Shown here: positions 49,045 to 58,756 of the stretch, piece after piece
Layout of the letters: every line of letters starts with the position of its first letter
How positions within the stretch are numbered: position 1 is the stretch's first letter
Source of the DNA: Vicinamibacteria bacterium
GTDB taxonomy: Bacteria; Acidobacteriota; Vicinamibacteria; Fen-336
DNA length: 64,000 nt
Direction of reading: 5' to 3'
Assembly: GCA_016934575.1 (NCBI GenBank)
Contig: JAFGSN010000052.1
Coordinates: 3,868-67,867 of the forward strand
Translations under genes and position numbers: made by a program
The notes under the pieces: generated by a model
The model's database searches: none
Told to the model about the DNA's origin: nothing
Seen by the model: only the letters and a program-made list of their open reading frames with translations

Positions 49045-49329
49045 ATGACGACCCAATTTGAGTCGTCGATCCTGGCATGCGTTGAATCAACGGATCATCT
49101 CGGCGCCGCGACGCGATATAATCGCGCCGCTGTCGCGTGGAAAAAGCATCTCCTTGACGATTCGATCTCGGCGGTGGATATATCCGAGAACACGCATGGC
49201 GCACGGTCAACGGAGCCGAACGAAATCGAGGACATTTTTCGGCTGGTGCGCCGCGCCTCCGAGTATTTCCCGCTGAAGACGATGATTCGGCGGCGGATAA
49301 GCCGGCTGGAGGTCATCAGGCAGCAATGA
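49045..49329 (+). CDS. Possible small hypothetical protein
   Basis: GGAGG about 12 nt upstream; stop overlaps the next ATG (ATGA); no recognisable family. Confidence 0.3.
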   Translation: MTTQFESSILACVESTDHLGAATRYNRAAVAWKKHLLDDSISAVDISENTHGARSTEPNEIEDIFRLVRRASEYFPLKTMIRRRISRLEVIRQQ

Positions 49330-51407
49330 ACGTCATTCATCGTGACGAACAACACGGCTTGCGACGCGAGGCCCCGAGACTGCGGATTCGTCTGCTCGCG
49401 CTGGCGGTCTTTGTTACGACCGGCGATCCCGGGATCGCCTTGAACCGGCAGAGCGCTCCTGGAATCGCTGCGGCATTGTCCGCGAAACGTACGCCCTCGA
49501 TGTGCTTCGTCGTCACGCAATTGCCCATCGGCACGGCGGCCGAGAAGCAGGGGCCTCTTTCGGGCGGCATGTCGCCCGCCGACTGGGGCGCCGGCGCGCG
49601 GCTCGTTCTCGTCGAAGCGGGCAAGGTCTTCAAGGTGCTGACGTCCGATTTCGCGAGCGCCGCCGATCCCGACGTGTCCTTCGACGCCAAATCAATCGTC
49701 TTCGCCGGCCAGAAGCAAGCGGACGACCGTTGGGCCATCTACGAGATGAACGCCGACGGGAGCGGAGTGCGACAGGTCACGAGCGCGATCGATGATCTTC
49801 GCCAGCCCGTCTACCTACCAACAGTCCACACCATCATCGCCGACCCGACCAAGGGCACGGAGCCTCGACCTCAGATCGGCTACGTGCGTCTCTTCGACGC
49901 GTCACTCAACGAGGCCGGCGCCGGCCGCGCGCGGGCGATCTACTCCGTTCGAATCGACGGAGCATCGCCACGACGCCTGTCCTACAACTTGTCGAGCGAC
50001 ATGAACCCGACCGTTCTGAACGACGGCCGCATCGTCTATGCGAGCTGGCGGCGCGCGACGTTTTCACGCGGGGTCTCGGGTCGAATCGTGCTGCTCGGCA
50101 TCAACCCGGACGGCACGGACCCGGCGATCTTCGCGGGCGACGAAGGGCTGCGTCTCAAGCTCATGCCATGCGTGACGCGCGATCGCCTGGTGGCCTTCGT
50201 CGAAGCCGAAAGCGTGGGCTGGGACGGCGCCGGAAGCCTGGGATGCGTCAGCCTGCGCCGAAACCTGCACTCGCGCCGCCGGATCACCTTTGAGGGCGAC
50301 GGTCTCTTCCTTTCTCCGTCGGCCTTGTCTGACGGGCAGATCGTGGCGGCGCGACGCCCGCCAAACGGATCCGGCGATCACGGCATCGTCCGCGTTCATC
50401 CCGTTTCCGGCAAGGTGACGTCGCTCTTCGATGACGCCGCCTTCCATGACATTCAGGCGCGTGCGATTGCGCCGCGCCCGGCGCCCGACGGTCGATCGAG
50501 CGGCCTCAAGGACCCCGATGAAGAGGCGCATGCCGCCGAGTCCGGCGACGCGTCCCGGAAGGTTGCCATCCCGGACGTGACAATGTACGGCCTGAACGTC
50601 TATCTGAACGACTTGGGGCACGACTTGGCCGAAGGCGTCATCCGCCGCCTGCGCATCATTGAAGGCATGCCGTTGACCTCGACAAGCGGACCGGCAGCCC
50701 ATGGTCCCGAGCCGCTCGCTCCCCGAAGGCTCCTCGGCGAGGCGCCGATCGAGCCGGACGGCTCCTTCTACATCCAGATTCCGGCCGAGACGCCAGTGCA
50801 ATTCCAGATCCTCGATCAGGACGGCCTCGCGCTTCGCACGTCGGGTTGGATCTGGGGGCATTACAACGGCCGTCAGGGCTGCGTGGGCTGCCACGAAGAC
50901 CCGGAGCGAACGCCTCCAAGCCGCTTTGCCGACGCGCTCCGCAAGCCGGGCGTCAGGCTGATTCTTCCTCCCGAGCGCAGGCGTGCGGTGGATTACCGCC
51001 ACGACATCGCTCCCATCGTCAAGGCCCGCTGCGCCGGTTGCCACGGCGAGGACAAGATGGTGCGCCTGGACGGCGGCCTTTCCACAACAGGCGCGAGCGG
51101 CCGTTTCTCACGAGCATACGAGTCGCTGCTCGCCGAACTTGACCGTGCGCCCGGCGAGGTGGTCGGCCGGTACGTGCATCCCCATCAGGCGCGTACCAGC
51201 CCTTTGATCTGGCATATCCTGGGTCGTAACACCGCTCGGCCGTGGGATGGATCGGCCACGCGTGCGAAAGCCAAGCCGATGCCGATGAGCGCGGGCGCCG
51301 CCTTGAGCGAGGACGAACGCGGACTGTTCATCGAATGGATCGACATGGGAGCGCTATGGGACGCGTCGGCAGGGTCCACGTCCATGACGATCGGAGGAGC
51401 GCGATGA
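49326..51407 (+). CDS. Hydrazine synthase alpha-subunit-like (HzsA-like) diheme protein
   Basis: N-terminal propeller (DPDVSFDA..IVFA, W.IYEMNADGSG..QVT, P.VLNDGRIVY.SW, INPDGT); middle domain (LGEAPIEPDGSF...PAETP..FQ.LD..G.A); CVGCHE; DY..DI.PI...CAGCH; WID.GA. Confidence 0.8.
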   Translation: MNVIHRDEQHGLRREAPRLRIRLLALAVFVTTGDPGIALNRQSAPGIAAALSAKRTPSMCFVVTQLPIGTAAEKQGPLSGGMSPADWGAGARLVLVEAGKVFKVLTSDFASAADPDVSFDAKSIVFAGQKQADDRWAIYEMNADGSGVRQVTSAIDDLRQPVYLPTVHTIIADPTKGTEPRPQIGYVRLFDASLNEAGAGRARAIYSVRIDGASPRRLSYNLSSDMNPTVLNDGRIVYASWRRATFSRGVSGRIVLLGINPDGTDPAIFAGDEGLRLKLMPCVTRDRLVAFVEAESVGWDGAGSLGCVSLRRNLHSRRRITFEGDGLFLSPSALSDGQIVAARRPPNGSGDHGIVRVHPVSGKVTSLFDDAAFHDIQARAIAPRPAPDGRSSGLKDPDEEAHAAESGDASRKVAIPDVTMYGLNVYLNDLGHDLAEGVIRRLRIIEGMPLTSTSGPAAHGPEPLAPRRLLGEAPIEPDGSFYIQIPAETPVQFQILDQDGLALRTSGWIWGHYNGRQGCVGCHEDPERTPPSRFADALRKPGVRLILPPERRRAVDYRHDIAPIVKARCAGCHGEDKMVRLDGGLSTTGASGRFSRAYESLLAELDRAPGEVVGRYVHPHQARTSPLIWHILGRNTARPWDGSATRAKAKPMPMSAGAALSEDERGLFIEWIDMGALWDASAGSTSMTIGGAR

Positions 51408-53047
51408 AAAGCTGGACTGCCGCCGGAGCGATCATCCTTGTCGCGGCGACCGCGCCCGGCCAGGCGCAAGATCGGCCCTCCGGGCCGATCACTTTCACCG
51501 ACATCGCCGGACCAGCCGGCCTGGCCGCCTTCAAGCATAGCTACGGCGACCACGATCTCGACAACATCGTCGAGGCCACCGGCGTGGGGCCGTGCCTGTT
51601 CGACTATGACGGAGACGACGATCTGGACGTCTACTTCCCTAACGGTCGTTGGACGAAGGGTCTTTCCGATAATCGTGGCCGCAATCTGATCGGGAAACTC
51701 AAGAACGCCCTCTACCGCAACAACGGCGACGGCACGTTCACCGATGTCACGAATCGGGCCGGCGTGGCCGGCAAAAGCGCCGGTTACTCCGCGTCGGCGG
51801 CCGACTATGACGGAGACGGCGACCTCGATCTCTACCTATGCAATTACGGACCGAATGAGCTCTATCGCAACAACGGCGACGGCACGTTCACCGACGTCAC
51901 GGCCGAAGCGGGCATCGGCGATCCGCTCTTCAGCCTCTCGGGCGTCTGGCTCGATTACGACGGCGACGGCGATCTCGATCTCTTCGTCTGCAACTATCTC
52001 GAATACGATGAAGGCAAGTTCCGCTCTTTTTACGCGGCCACGGGTTTTCCCGGACCGCTGTCGTACAACGGCCAGCCCGACACGCTGTACCGCAACAACG
52101 GCGACGGCACGTTCACCGACGTGACCAAGGCGGCCGGCGTCTACTTCGAGCAAGGCCGCGGCATGAGCGCGACCGCCGCGGATCTGAATAATGACGGCCT
52201 AGTCGACATCTATGTCGCAAACGACGCTATGGAGAACAACTACTTCGAGAACAGCGGCAAGGGATCCTTTATCGATAATGGGCTGCTGACGGGACTGGCG
52301 TTCGGGCAGAACGGCCAGGGCGTCTCCTCGATGGGTCCCGCCGTCGGCGATATCGATCGCGACGGCCATCTGGACATCCTGATTCCCGATATGGACTACA
52401 TGAGCCTTCTCGTCTGGCGCGACGGCATATATGAGGATCATGTCGATCGCTCCAACATCGCCGTGATCAGCGGTCAGTACACCGGATGGGGCGGCGTGCT
52501 TTTCGACTTTGACAACGACGGCTATCTTGACGTATTCATCGCTAACGGCCACCCCCATCATGAATATCCAGAAAACGCCGTGCTGGCGCGGAACAACGGC
52601 AAGGGCGTCTTCGTCGACGTCGCGCGCCATGCGGGCGAGTACTTTGGAACGAAGAAATGGTACTCGCGCGGAACGGCGTATGCCGACATTGACGACGACG
52701 GCGATCTCGATCTGCTGGTAATGGACCTCAACGGCCACCCGCACTTGCTGCGCAACGACGGCGGCAACACGGCCAACCACTGGCTCAAGTTCGACGTGCG
52801 CCGCGCCGACGGCAAGCTGGCCGCGATTGGAGCCCGCGTCACGGTCGTCGTCGGGGGCTTGAAGTTGATTGACGACGTTTCGCCCGTCCGCGGCTATCTC
52901 GCGCAGAACGATCCGCGCCTTCACTTCGGGCTTGGCAAAGCGGTCAAAGCCGACTTGGTGGAGATCCGCTGGCCGGACGGCCGAACACGGCGGATGAAGG
53001 ACGTGCCGTCGAATCAAATCCTGAAGGTGACTCCCGATGCTCGCTAG
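51404..53047 (+). CDS. CRTAC1-family FG-GAP/ASPIC-UnbV repeat protein
   Basis: Signal peptide, FTDIA, repeated DYDGDGDLD and LYRNNGDGTFTDVT, AIGARV, LHFGLG; ATGA coupling with the HzsA-like gene. Confidence 0.9.
   Translation: MKSWTAAGAIILVAATAPGQAQDRPSGPITFTDIAGPAGLAAFKHSYGDHDLDNIVEATGVGPCLFDYDGDDDLDVYFPNGRWTKGLSDNRGRNLIGKLKNALYRNNGDGTFTDVTNRAGVAGKSAGYSASAADYDGDGDLDLYLCNYGPNELYRNNGDGTFTDVTAEAGIGDPLFSLSGVWLDYDGDGDLDLFVCNYLEYDEGKFRSFYAATGFPGPLSYNGQPDTLYRNNGDGTFTDVTKAAGVYFEQGRGMSATAADLNNDGLVDIYVANDAMENNYFENSGKGSFIDNGLLTGLAFGQNGQGVSSMGPAVGDIDRDGHLDILIPDMDYMSLLVWRDGIYEDHVDRSNIAVISGQYTGWGGVLFDFDNDGYLDVFIANGHPHHEYPENAVLARNNGKGVFVDVARHAGEYFGTKKWYSRGTAYADIDDDGDLDLLVMDLNGHPHLLRNDGGNTANHWLKFDVRRADGKLAAIGARVTVVVGGLKLIDDVSPVRGYLAQNDPRLHFGLGKAVKADLVEIRWPDGRTRRMKDVPSNQILKVTPDAR
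51713..52119 (+). repeat. Three near-identical ~32-nt intragenic repeats encoding YRNNGDGTFTD
   Basis: TA(C/T)CGCAACAACGGCGACGGCACGTTCACCGA starting at 51713, 51863 and 52088. Confidence 0.85.
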
Positions 53048-55973
53048 AAACGAAAGGCCTCCGCGCGCGATGCGTTACAAGAGAGCTCTCGCGTTGCTGC
53101 TCGTGCCGCTCGCATGGGTCTTCGTCCATGCGCCGGGGCGTCCGTCCGTTCGCGCCGCCGGCAAGGATCCGATCTATGTCGGATCCCACGCCTGTGCGAA
53201 GTGCCACGACGGCGCGGGCATGGGCCACCAGTATAGCAAATGGCTTCTCGGCCGACACGCACGCGCGTACGCCTCGCTGAGCCTTCCGGAGTCGCGCCAG
53301 ATCTCGGATCTTTCCGGAATTCCAGGCGATCCGCACGACTCCCCGATGTGCCTCGGCTGCCATGCCACCGGCTCGGATGCGGAGCCGTGGCAACGCGACG
53401 CCGCGTTTCATACGGCGGACGGCGTCCAGTGCGAGAAGTGCCACGGTCCCGGCAGCGAGTATATGGACATGGAGGTCATGCAAAACCGCGAGGCAGCCAT
53501 GATGGCCGGCCTCATGATGCCCGCCAAGAAGGACTGCATGCTCTGCCACTACGTCAAGGGGTCGCACGCGGCCGTGCACAAGCGGCCGCTGATCGACGTC
53601 GAGAAGGCATGGATGAAGATCGCGCATCCCACGCCCAAGAGCGCATCGCCGGGCGGCCCCGCCGGCGTGGGCAAGACGGTTTCCCTGAAAGGTCCCAAGT
53701 ACGCGGGCGTCGATGCCTGCGGCGCCTGCCACAACACAGCCATGATGAACCGCCAAGCCAATCGCTGGAAAATGACGGCGCATTCCCGGGCCTGGGCCGT
53801 GCTGGCGACGCCGAAGGCCTTCGAGATTGCGAAAGACAAGGGCCTGACCGGAGCGCCCCAGCAGACGGCGCAGTGTCTCAAGTGCCACGCGACCGGCCAT
53901 GGGCAAGACCCCGGCCGTTTCCTGGCGAGCGCACGAATCACCGAAGGCGTGACTTGCGAGGCGTGTCACGGACCCGGCAGCGAGTACATGCCCGAGGCCG
54001 TCATGCGCGACCGACTAGCCGCCAGGAAAGCCGGTTTGGTCGAACCGACGGCCGAGAGCTGCATGGGCTGCCACCAAAACGCCCACGGCAAGACGTTCGA
54101 CGCGGTGATGGCGATGAAAAAAATCGCCCATCCCATGAAGCCTCCCATGGCGACCATGGCAAAGACGGCCGAGTTCTCGATCCCGCCGAGCCGGAGCGGC
54201 TACAAGACGCCGCGCCACCTCGCCGTCCGTCCCGACGGCGCCGAAGTCTGGATCGCCTGCGAAGCCAGCGACAGCCTGATCATCGTCGACGTGAAGAAAC
54301 GGCTGAAGACGGCGGAAATCAAGGTCGGCGGGCAGCCTCACGACGTGGCGTTCGAGCCTGACGGGAAGCGCGCCTTCGTCTCCAATCGTCTCGATGACAG
54401 CGTCTCGGCCATAGACGTCGCGTGCCGCAAGGTTACGGCGACCATTGCGGTCGGCGACGAGCCACACGGGTTGGTCGTCAACAAGTCCGGCGCACTGCTC
54501 TTCGTGCTCAACTCCGCCAGTGAAGACATCTCGGTGATCGACCTTGAGGAGCTGCGCGAGCTACGCCGGCTCAAGGCCAGCCGTTTCCCATGGTCGCTCG
54601 CGCTCTCTCCCGACGGCCGGCGCATCGTGGCCACGAACACGCTCTCCAAGCTCGTGCCCTTCCGGCAACCGTCGGTTTCCGAGCTGACCGTGATCGACGC
54701 CGAGAAAGGCCGTATCGCGGACCGGCTGGAGGCGCCTGGCGCGAACTTGCTTCAGGGTGTGGACTGGCACCCTTCGGGCCGCTTCGCCCTCTTCACGCTG
54801 AACCGCACCAAGAACCTTGTTCCCATGACGCGCATCCACCAGGGTTGGACGATCACGAACGGTTTAGGCGTCGCCTGGGCTGACGGGCGCGTCGATCAGG
54901 TCCTGCTGGACGAGCCCAACTGGTACTTCGCCGACGCCTCCGACGTGGCCATCACGCCCGACGGCCGCCTAGCTTTCGCCACCAGCCAGGGCACGAATCG
55001 CGTCGCTGTTGTCGACGTCGAGCGACTCATCGATCTGTTGCAGAAAGCGTCGCTACGCGATCGCGCCGAGGTGATCCCGAACCACCTCGGCAAATCGGCC
55101 GAGTTCATCGTGAACTACGTGGAGACGCCGGATGCTCCGCGCGGCGTGGCCGTGACGCCGGATGGCACGACGGCGTTCGTGGCCAATCAGCTCGACGACT
55201 CGCTCACCGTGATCGACGTGGGAAGCAGGGCGTCCGTGGCGCGCATCGACCTGGGCGGGCCCAGGGAGGTCACGCACACGCGCTGGGGCGAGAAACTCTT
55301 CCACAGCGCCAACATCACTTTCCAGCGGCAGTTCGCTTGCGCCTCCTGCCACCCGGACGGCCACGTGGACGGTCTGACTTATGACATCGAGGCCGACGGC
55401 ATCGGCATCAATCCCGTGGACAATCGCACGCTGCGCGGGATCTACGACACCGATCCCTTCAAATGGGAAGGAACGAATCCATCGTTGGCGCGGCAATGCG
55501 GCGCGCGCTTGGCGGCGTACTTTACGCGCATTCAGCCGTTCACTCCCGAGGAGCTTTCGGCCGTGAACGACTACACGGTGACGATCCCTCGTCCTCCCAA
55601 CCGATACCGCGCCGCCGGCGCCGAGCTCACCGCGGCGCAAGCTCGGGGCAAGTTGGTGTTCGAGCGCACGCACGGCGCGGATGGCAAGGAGATCCCCGTT
55701 GACAATCGCTGCATCACCTGTCACTTCCCGCCCTACTATACGGATCGCAGCAAGCGGGACGTCGGCTCCAAGCACTGGCTGGACAAGCAGGGCATCTTCG
55801 ACGTGCCGCACCTCAACAACATCTACGACTCGGCGCCGTACTTGCACAACGGCATCGCCGACACGCTCGAGGAAATCTGGACGCGCTTCAATCCATACGA
55901 CACGCACGGCGTGACGAACGACATGACCAAGGACCAGTTGAACGACCTGATCGAATACCTGAAAACACTGTAG
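53037..55973 (+). CDS. Decaheme protein: two tetraheme c554-like modules, YVTN beta-propeller, diheme cytochrome c peroxidase-like domain (HzsB/HzsC-like architecture)
   Basis: 10 CxxCH: CAKCH, CLGCH, CEKCH, CMLCH, CGACH, CLKCH, CEACH, CMGCH, CASCH, CITCH; YVGS/GVxCExCHGPGS c554 motifs; PDG...VSNRLDDSVS propeller repeats; GEKLF, FDVPHL..IYDSAPYLHNG, LIEYLKTL. Confidence 0.85.
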   Translation: MLARNERPPRAMRYKRALALLLVPLAWVFVHAPGRPSVRAAGKDPIYVGSHACAKCHDGAGMGHQYSKWLLGRHARAYASLSLPESRQISDLSGIPGDPHDSPMCLGCHATGSDAEPWQRDAAFHTADGVQCEKCHGPGSEYMDMEVMQNREAAMMAGLMMPAKKDCMLCHYVKGSHAAVHKRPLIDVEKAWMKIAHPTPKSASPGGPAGVGKTVSLKGPKYAGVDACGACHNTAMMNRQANRWKMTAHSRAWAVLATPKAFEIAKDKGLTGAPQQTAQCLKCHATGHGQDPGRFLASARITEGVTCEACHGPGSEYMPEAVMRDRLAARKAGLVEPTAESCMGCHQNAHGKTFDAVMAMKKIAHPMKPPMATMAKTAEFSIPPSRSGYKTPRHLAVRPDGAEVWIACEASDSLIIVDVKKRLKTAEIKVGGQPHDVAFEPDGKRAFVSNRLDDSVSAIDVACRKVTATIAVGDEPHGLVVNKSGALLFVLNSASEDISVIDLEELRELRRLKASRFPWSLALSPDGRRIVATNTLSKLVPFRQPSVSELTVIDAEKGRIADRLEAPGANLLQGVDWHPSGRFALFTLNRTKNLVPMTRIHQGWTITNGLGVAWADGRVDQVLLDEPNWYFADASDVAITPDGRLAFATSQGTNRVAVVDVERLIDLLQKASLRDRAEVIPNHLGKSAEFIVNYVETPDAPRGVAVTPDGTTAFVANQLDDSLTVIDVGSRASVARIDLGGPREVTHTRWGEKLFHSANITFQRQFACASCHPDGHVDGLTYDIEADGIGINPVDNRTLRGIYDTDPFKWEGTNPSLARQCGARLAAYFTRIQPFTPEELSAVNDYTVTIPRPPNRYRAAGAELTAAQARGKLVFERTHGADGKEIPVDNRCITCHFPPYYTDRSKRDVGSKHWLDKQGIFDVPHLNNIYDSAPYLHNGIADTLEEIWTRFNPYDTHGVTNDMTKDQLNDLIEYLKTL

Positions 55974-55997
55974 GAGCGAAAGGCCGTTCGCCCCTAC
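55970..55997. repeat. GTAG-type REP-like palindrome
   Basis: GTAGGAGCGAA-AGGCCG-TTCGCCCCTAC hairpin overlapping the TAG stop of the decaheme gene. Confidence 0.6.
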
Positions 55998-56013
55998 GAT
56001 TCGGGAGACACCG

Positions 56014-57219
56014 ATGATGCGCGTAATCATTAAAGTCTCGGCCGCGGTTCTGGCCGTCTTGACGCCGGTGGCCGCCTTCGCCGAGGCGACGCATGCGTCG
56101 CCTCGAGGATTGCCTTATGTCTATACAAAATGGAAGCATTTCACGATCGAGAACGGCTTGCCGAACAATCACGTCTTCGCCGTGCGCTCCAACGGGAACG
56201 ATCTTTGGGTCGGCACTGAAAACGGGCTGGCGCTGATCGACAAGCGCCAGAGCAAGGTCGTCAAGGTCTGGCAGGAAAAGGACGGCCTCCCCTTCCGATC
56301 GATCGCCGGCATCGATGTCGACAAAAACACCGGCGACGTCTGGCTCGGCCTTTTCGGCGGCGGATTGGCGCGCCTTTCGGGCGACCGTTTCGATCACTGG
56401 CACCAGTTGAACAGCGGTCTCGTCAACGACGTCGTCTACGACGTGGTCATGGAGCACGAGAACGTCTGGTGCGCCACGACCGCCGGGGCCTCGCGCTTCA
56501 ACCCAAAAACCGGCGAGTGGGCGATCTTCACTGAAAAAAACGCCCCCATGGAGGAAATCTGGAACTACGCCGTCGATTACGACCCGCAAGCGAACAAGGT
56601 CTTCCTGGCGATCTGGGGCTCGGGCGTGCTCGAATACGACGTGGCGACGGACCGCTGGCAGGAATACGTCGACCCGGACGGAGAAATGGAAATCGACCTT
56701 TACCGCGACGACGGCGTCAACCACGTCATTGTCACCGGCGTAACCAGCATCGACGGCGCCATGTGGGTTTCCTCCTACTTCGGCGGCACGCGCTATGACG
56801 GCCGGAGCTGGCTCGGACTGCCGGACATCGAAGGCGGACTGCCGAGCCTGTTCAACAATAACGTCAAGGGCCGGAGCGCTCACGAGGCCTGGTTTTGCTC
56901 GGACAAGGGCGCGGGCGCGATCGTGGATCTCGATCCCGAAACCTGGGTCCAGTACGTGCGCGACGGCCGCGGCGGACGCGCGATCGTGAAGCAACGCCTG
57001 AAGCCGGAGGACAAGACCCTGACGACGGTCGAGGTAGTCGAAACGGGCGTCAACGCACCCCACTCCTTCATCGTCAACGCCGACGTCGAGGGCAACGACG
57101 TCTTCCTGGGAACGTCGCACGGACTGGGCTGGGGCGTCGGCGAGGGCTATTATCCGCGCCTCAAGGAACGACCGCTCATCGGGGCTGCGCCCAAGGCGGA
57201 TGTCGCCACACAAAGGTAG
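56014..57219 (+). CDS. Secreted beta-propeller protein (Reg_prop / two-component regulator propeller repeats)
   Basis: Signal peptide; ENGLPNNHV, LWVGTENGL, KDGLP, VWLGLFGGGL, NSGLVNDVVY repeats; no kinase domain. Confidence 0.8.
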   Translation: MMRVIIKVSAAVLAVLTPVAAFAEATHASPRGLPYVYTKWKHFTIENGLPNNHVFAVRSNGNDLWVGTENGLALIDKRQSKVVKVWQEKDGLPFRSIAGIDVDKNTGDVWLGLFGGGLARLSGDRFDHWHQLNSGLVNDVVYDVVMEHENVWCATTAGASRFNPKTGEWAIFTEKNAPMEEIWNYAVDYDPQANKVFLAIWGSGVLEYDVATDRWQEYVDPDGEMEIDLYRDDGVNHVIVTGVTSIDGAMWVSSYFGGTRYDGRSWLGLPDIEGGLPSLFNNNVKGRSAHEAWFCSDKGAGAIVDLDPETWVQYVRDGRGGRAIVKQRLKPEDKTLTTVEVVETGVNAPHSFIVNADVEGNDVFLGTSHGLGWGVGEGYYPRLKERPLIGAAPKADVATQR

Positions 57220-57272
57220 AGGGAAGGCATATGCCTCACCCGCGGAACCGTCAAATGGTTAGGAGAAACGTC

Positions 57273-58748
57273 ATGAAACGCCAATCGGTCATTGTAATCA
57301 TGCTGCTTTTCGCCGCCGGATTCGCTTTTCCCGGCGACGGACGGAAGGCAACGCCGCTCAAGGAGTGGATCGAATTCGATCATCCCAAGATTCTCGCGTT
57401 GCTCAATCACATCAACGGCTTGGACGCGTACACGGTTCCTCCGCTCGAGGTTCGCAAGGACGAAAACTACGCCGGCACGGCCGTTGACGTCGAGCCCTTC
57501 GGAGGCGTGCGACCCTACAACGAGTTCTTCCTCCAGCAGATGGAGTACACAGGGCCTGGACGAGCCGAACCCGAACCCGAACACCTCGACACGGTGAAGA
57601 TCGGTTTCATCGGTCCCATCATGTCCACGGTCTCGGTCGCCACCGGCGGCAAGAGCCACGAGGAGACGCTTGGCATTCCAATGCTGCAGGGCGCGCGTCT
57701 CGCTCTCGAACAGTGGAACGAGCGCGGCGGCTATCTCAAGCGCAAGATTCCCTTTGAGCTAGTCGTTAGCAACGACAACGGACTGTGGGGCGCATCCGGC
57801 AACGAGATCATCAAGCAGAACTACAAGGACAAGGTGTGGGCGATCCTCGGGACGATCGACGGCGCCAACAGCCACATCGCCATCCGCGTGGCGCTCAAGT
57901 GCGAGGTCGTGATGATGAACACCGGCGACACGGATCCGACCTTCATCGAAACCAACATCCCCTGGGTTTTTCGTAACATCGGCGATGACCGGCAGCAGAG
58001 CTATCTCCTGATCGACTACGCATACCGCAAGATGGGTTACAAAATGCTCGGCATCATCCGCGCCAGCAACCGCTATGGCCGTTTCGGCGTGCGCGAGGTC
58101 CGCGACAGCGCGCGACGGTTGGGCAAGCCCGTGCCGCTGGAGATGGCCTACCAGGTGGGTCAGGAGGACTTCGCGCTCGAGATCGAGCGTTTGCGGAAGT
58201 CCGGCGTCGACGCCATCGTGCACTGGGGCGACGCGGTCGAGGGCGCCAAGATCCTCAACCAGATGCGCGCCATGGGCATGAAGCATCCCTACCTGGCCTG
58301 CGATCGCTGCGTTCAGGCTGATTTTGCGAAGATCGCCGGCGCCAACGCCGAGGGCGTCGTCTGTGCTTACCCCTGGAATCCCGAGAGCCAGACGAAGTTG
58401 TTCGTGAAGTTCCGCGACGCCTACCGCGCCCGTTTCGGCCAGGAACCCGAGACCTACGCCGCCCACGCTTACGACGGCATGAACATGATCATTTGGTCGA
58501 TCCAGGCGGCAGGCCTCAATCGCGCCAAGATGCGTGACGTGCTGGCCTACATGCCCGAGCCCTGGCCGGGAGTTACCGGCGATATTCAGCTCTCGGCCTG
58601 TCTTGACGACGTGGGCGACGTCTTCCTGGCGAAATACGAGAACGGCGACTGGAACTACTATTCGCGCACGGATCTCGACATTCCCAAGGGTTACATCCCG
58701 CCTCGCGATCGCGTGAGTCGTCCGGACATCGAGATCGCGCGGAAGTAA
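57273..58748 (+). CDS. LivJ/LivK-like (PBP1) periplasmic binding protein with N-terminal extension
   Basis: Signal peptide; VKIGFIGP, GARLALEQWN..GG, VWAILG, YGRFG, YAAHAYDG, GVTGDI. Confidence 0.85.
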   Translation: MKRQSVIVIMLLFAAGFAFPGDGRKATPLKEWIEFDHPKILALLNHINGLDAYTVPPLEVRKDENYAGTAVDVEPFGGVRPYNEFFLQQMEYTGPGRAEPEPEHLDTVKIGFIGPIMSTVSVATGGKSHEETLGIPMLQGARLALEQWNERGGYLKRKIPFELVVSNDNGLWGASGNEIIKQNYKDKVWAILGTIDGANSHIAIRVALKCEVVMMNTGDTDPTFIETNIPWVFRNIGDDRQQSYLLIDYAYRKMGYKMLGIIRASNRYGRFGVREVRDSARRLGKPVPLEMAYQVGQEDFALEIERLRKSGVDAIVHWGDAVEGAKILNQMRAMGMKHPYLACDRCVQADFAKIAGANAEGVVCAYPWNPESQTKLFVKFRDAYRARFGQEPETYAAHAYDGMNMIIWSIQAAGLNRAKMRDVLAYMPEPWPGVTGDIQLSACLDDVGDVFLAKYENGDWNYYSRTDLDIPKGYIPPRDRVSRPDIEIARK

Positions 58749-58756
58749 GGGGCGGC

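Noticed and set aside
49195-49280. Faint similarity of GARSTEPNEIEDIFRLVRRASEYFPL to the MetE C-terminal region
   Set aside because: Too short, and the following PxCG motif is missing; cannot be supported by eye.
51713-52119. Three ~32-nt direct repeats as a possible CRISPR array
   Set aside because: Spacing is 150 and 225 nt, all in frame within FG-GAP protein repeats, and there are no cas genes.
49326-55973. Calling these genes true anammox hzsA/hzsB/hzsC
   Set aside because: The Tyr ligand position is not conserved, extra domains and genes are present, and no other anammox markers occur in the window; only 'HZS-like' is supportable.
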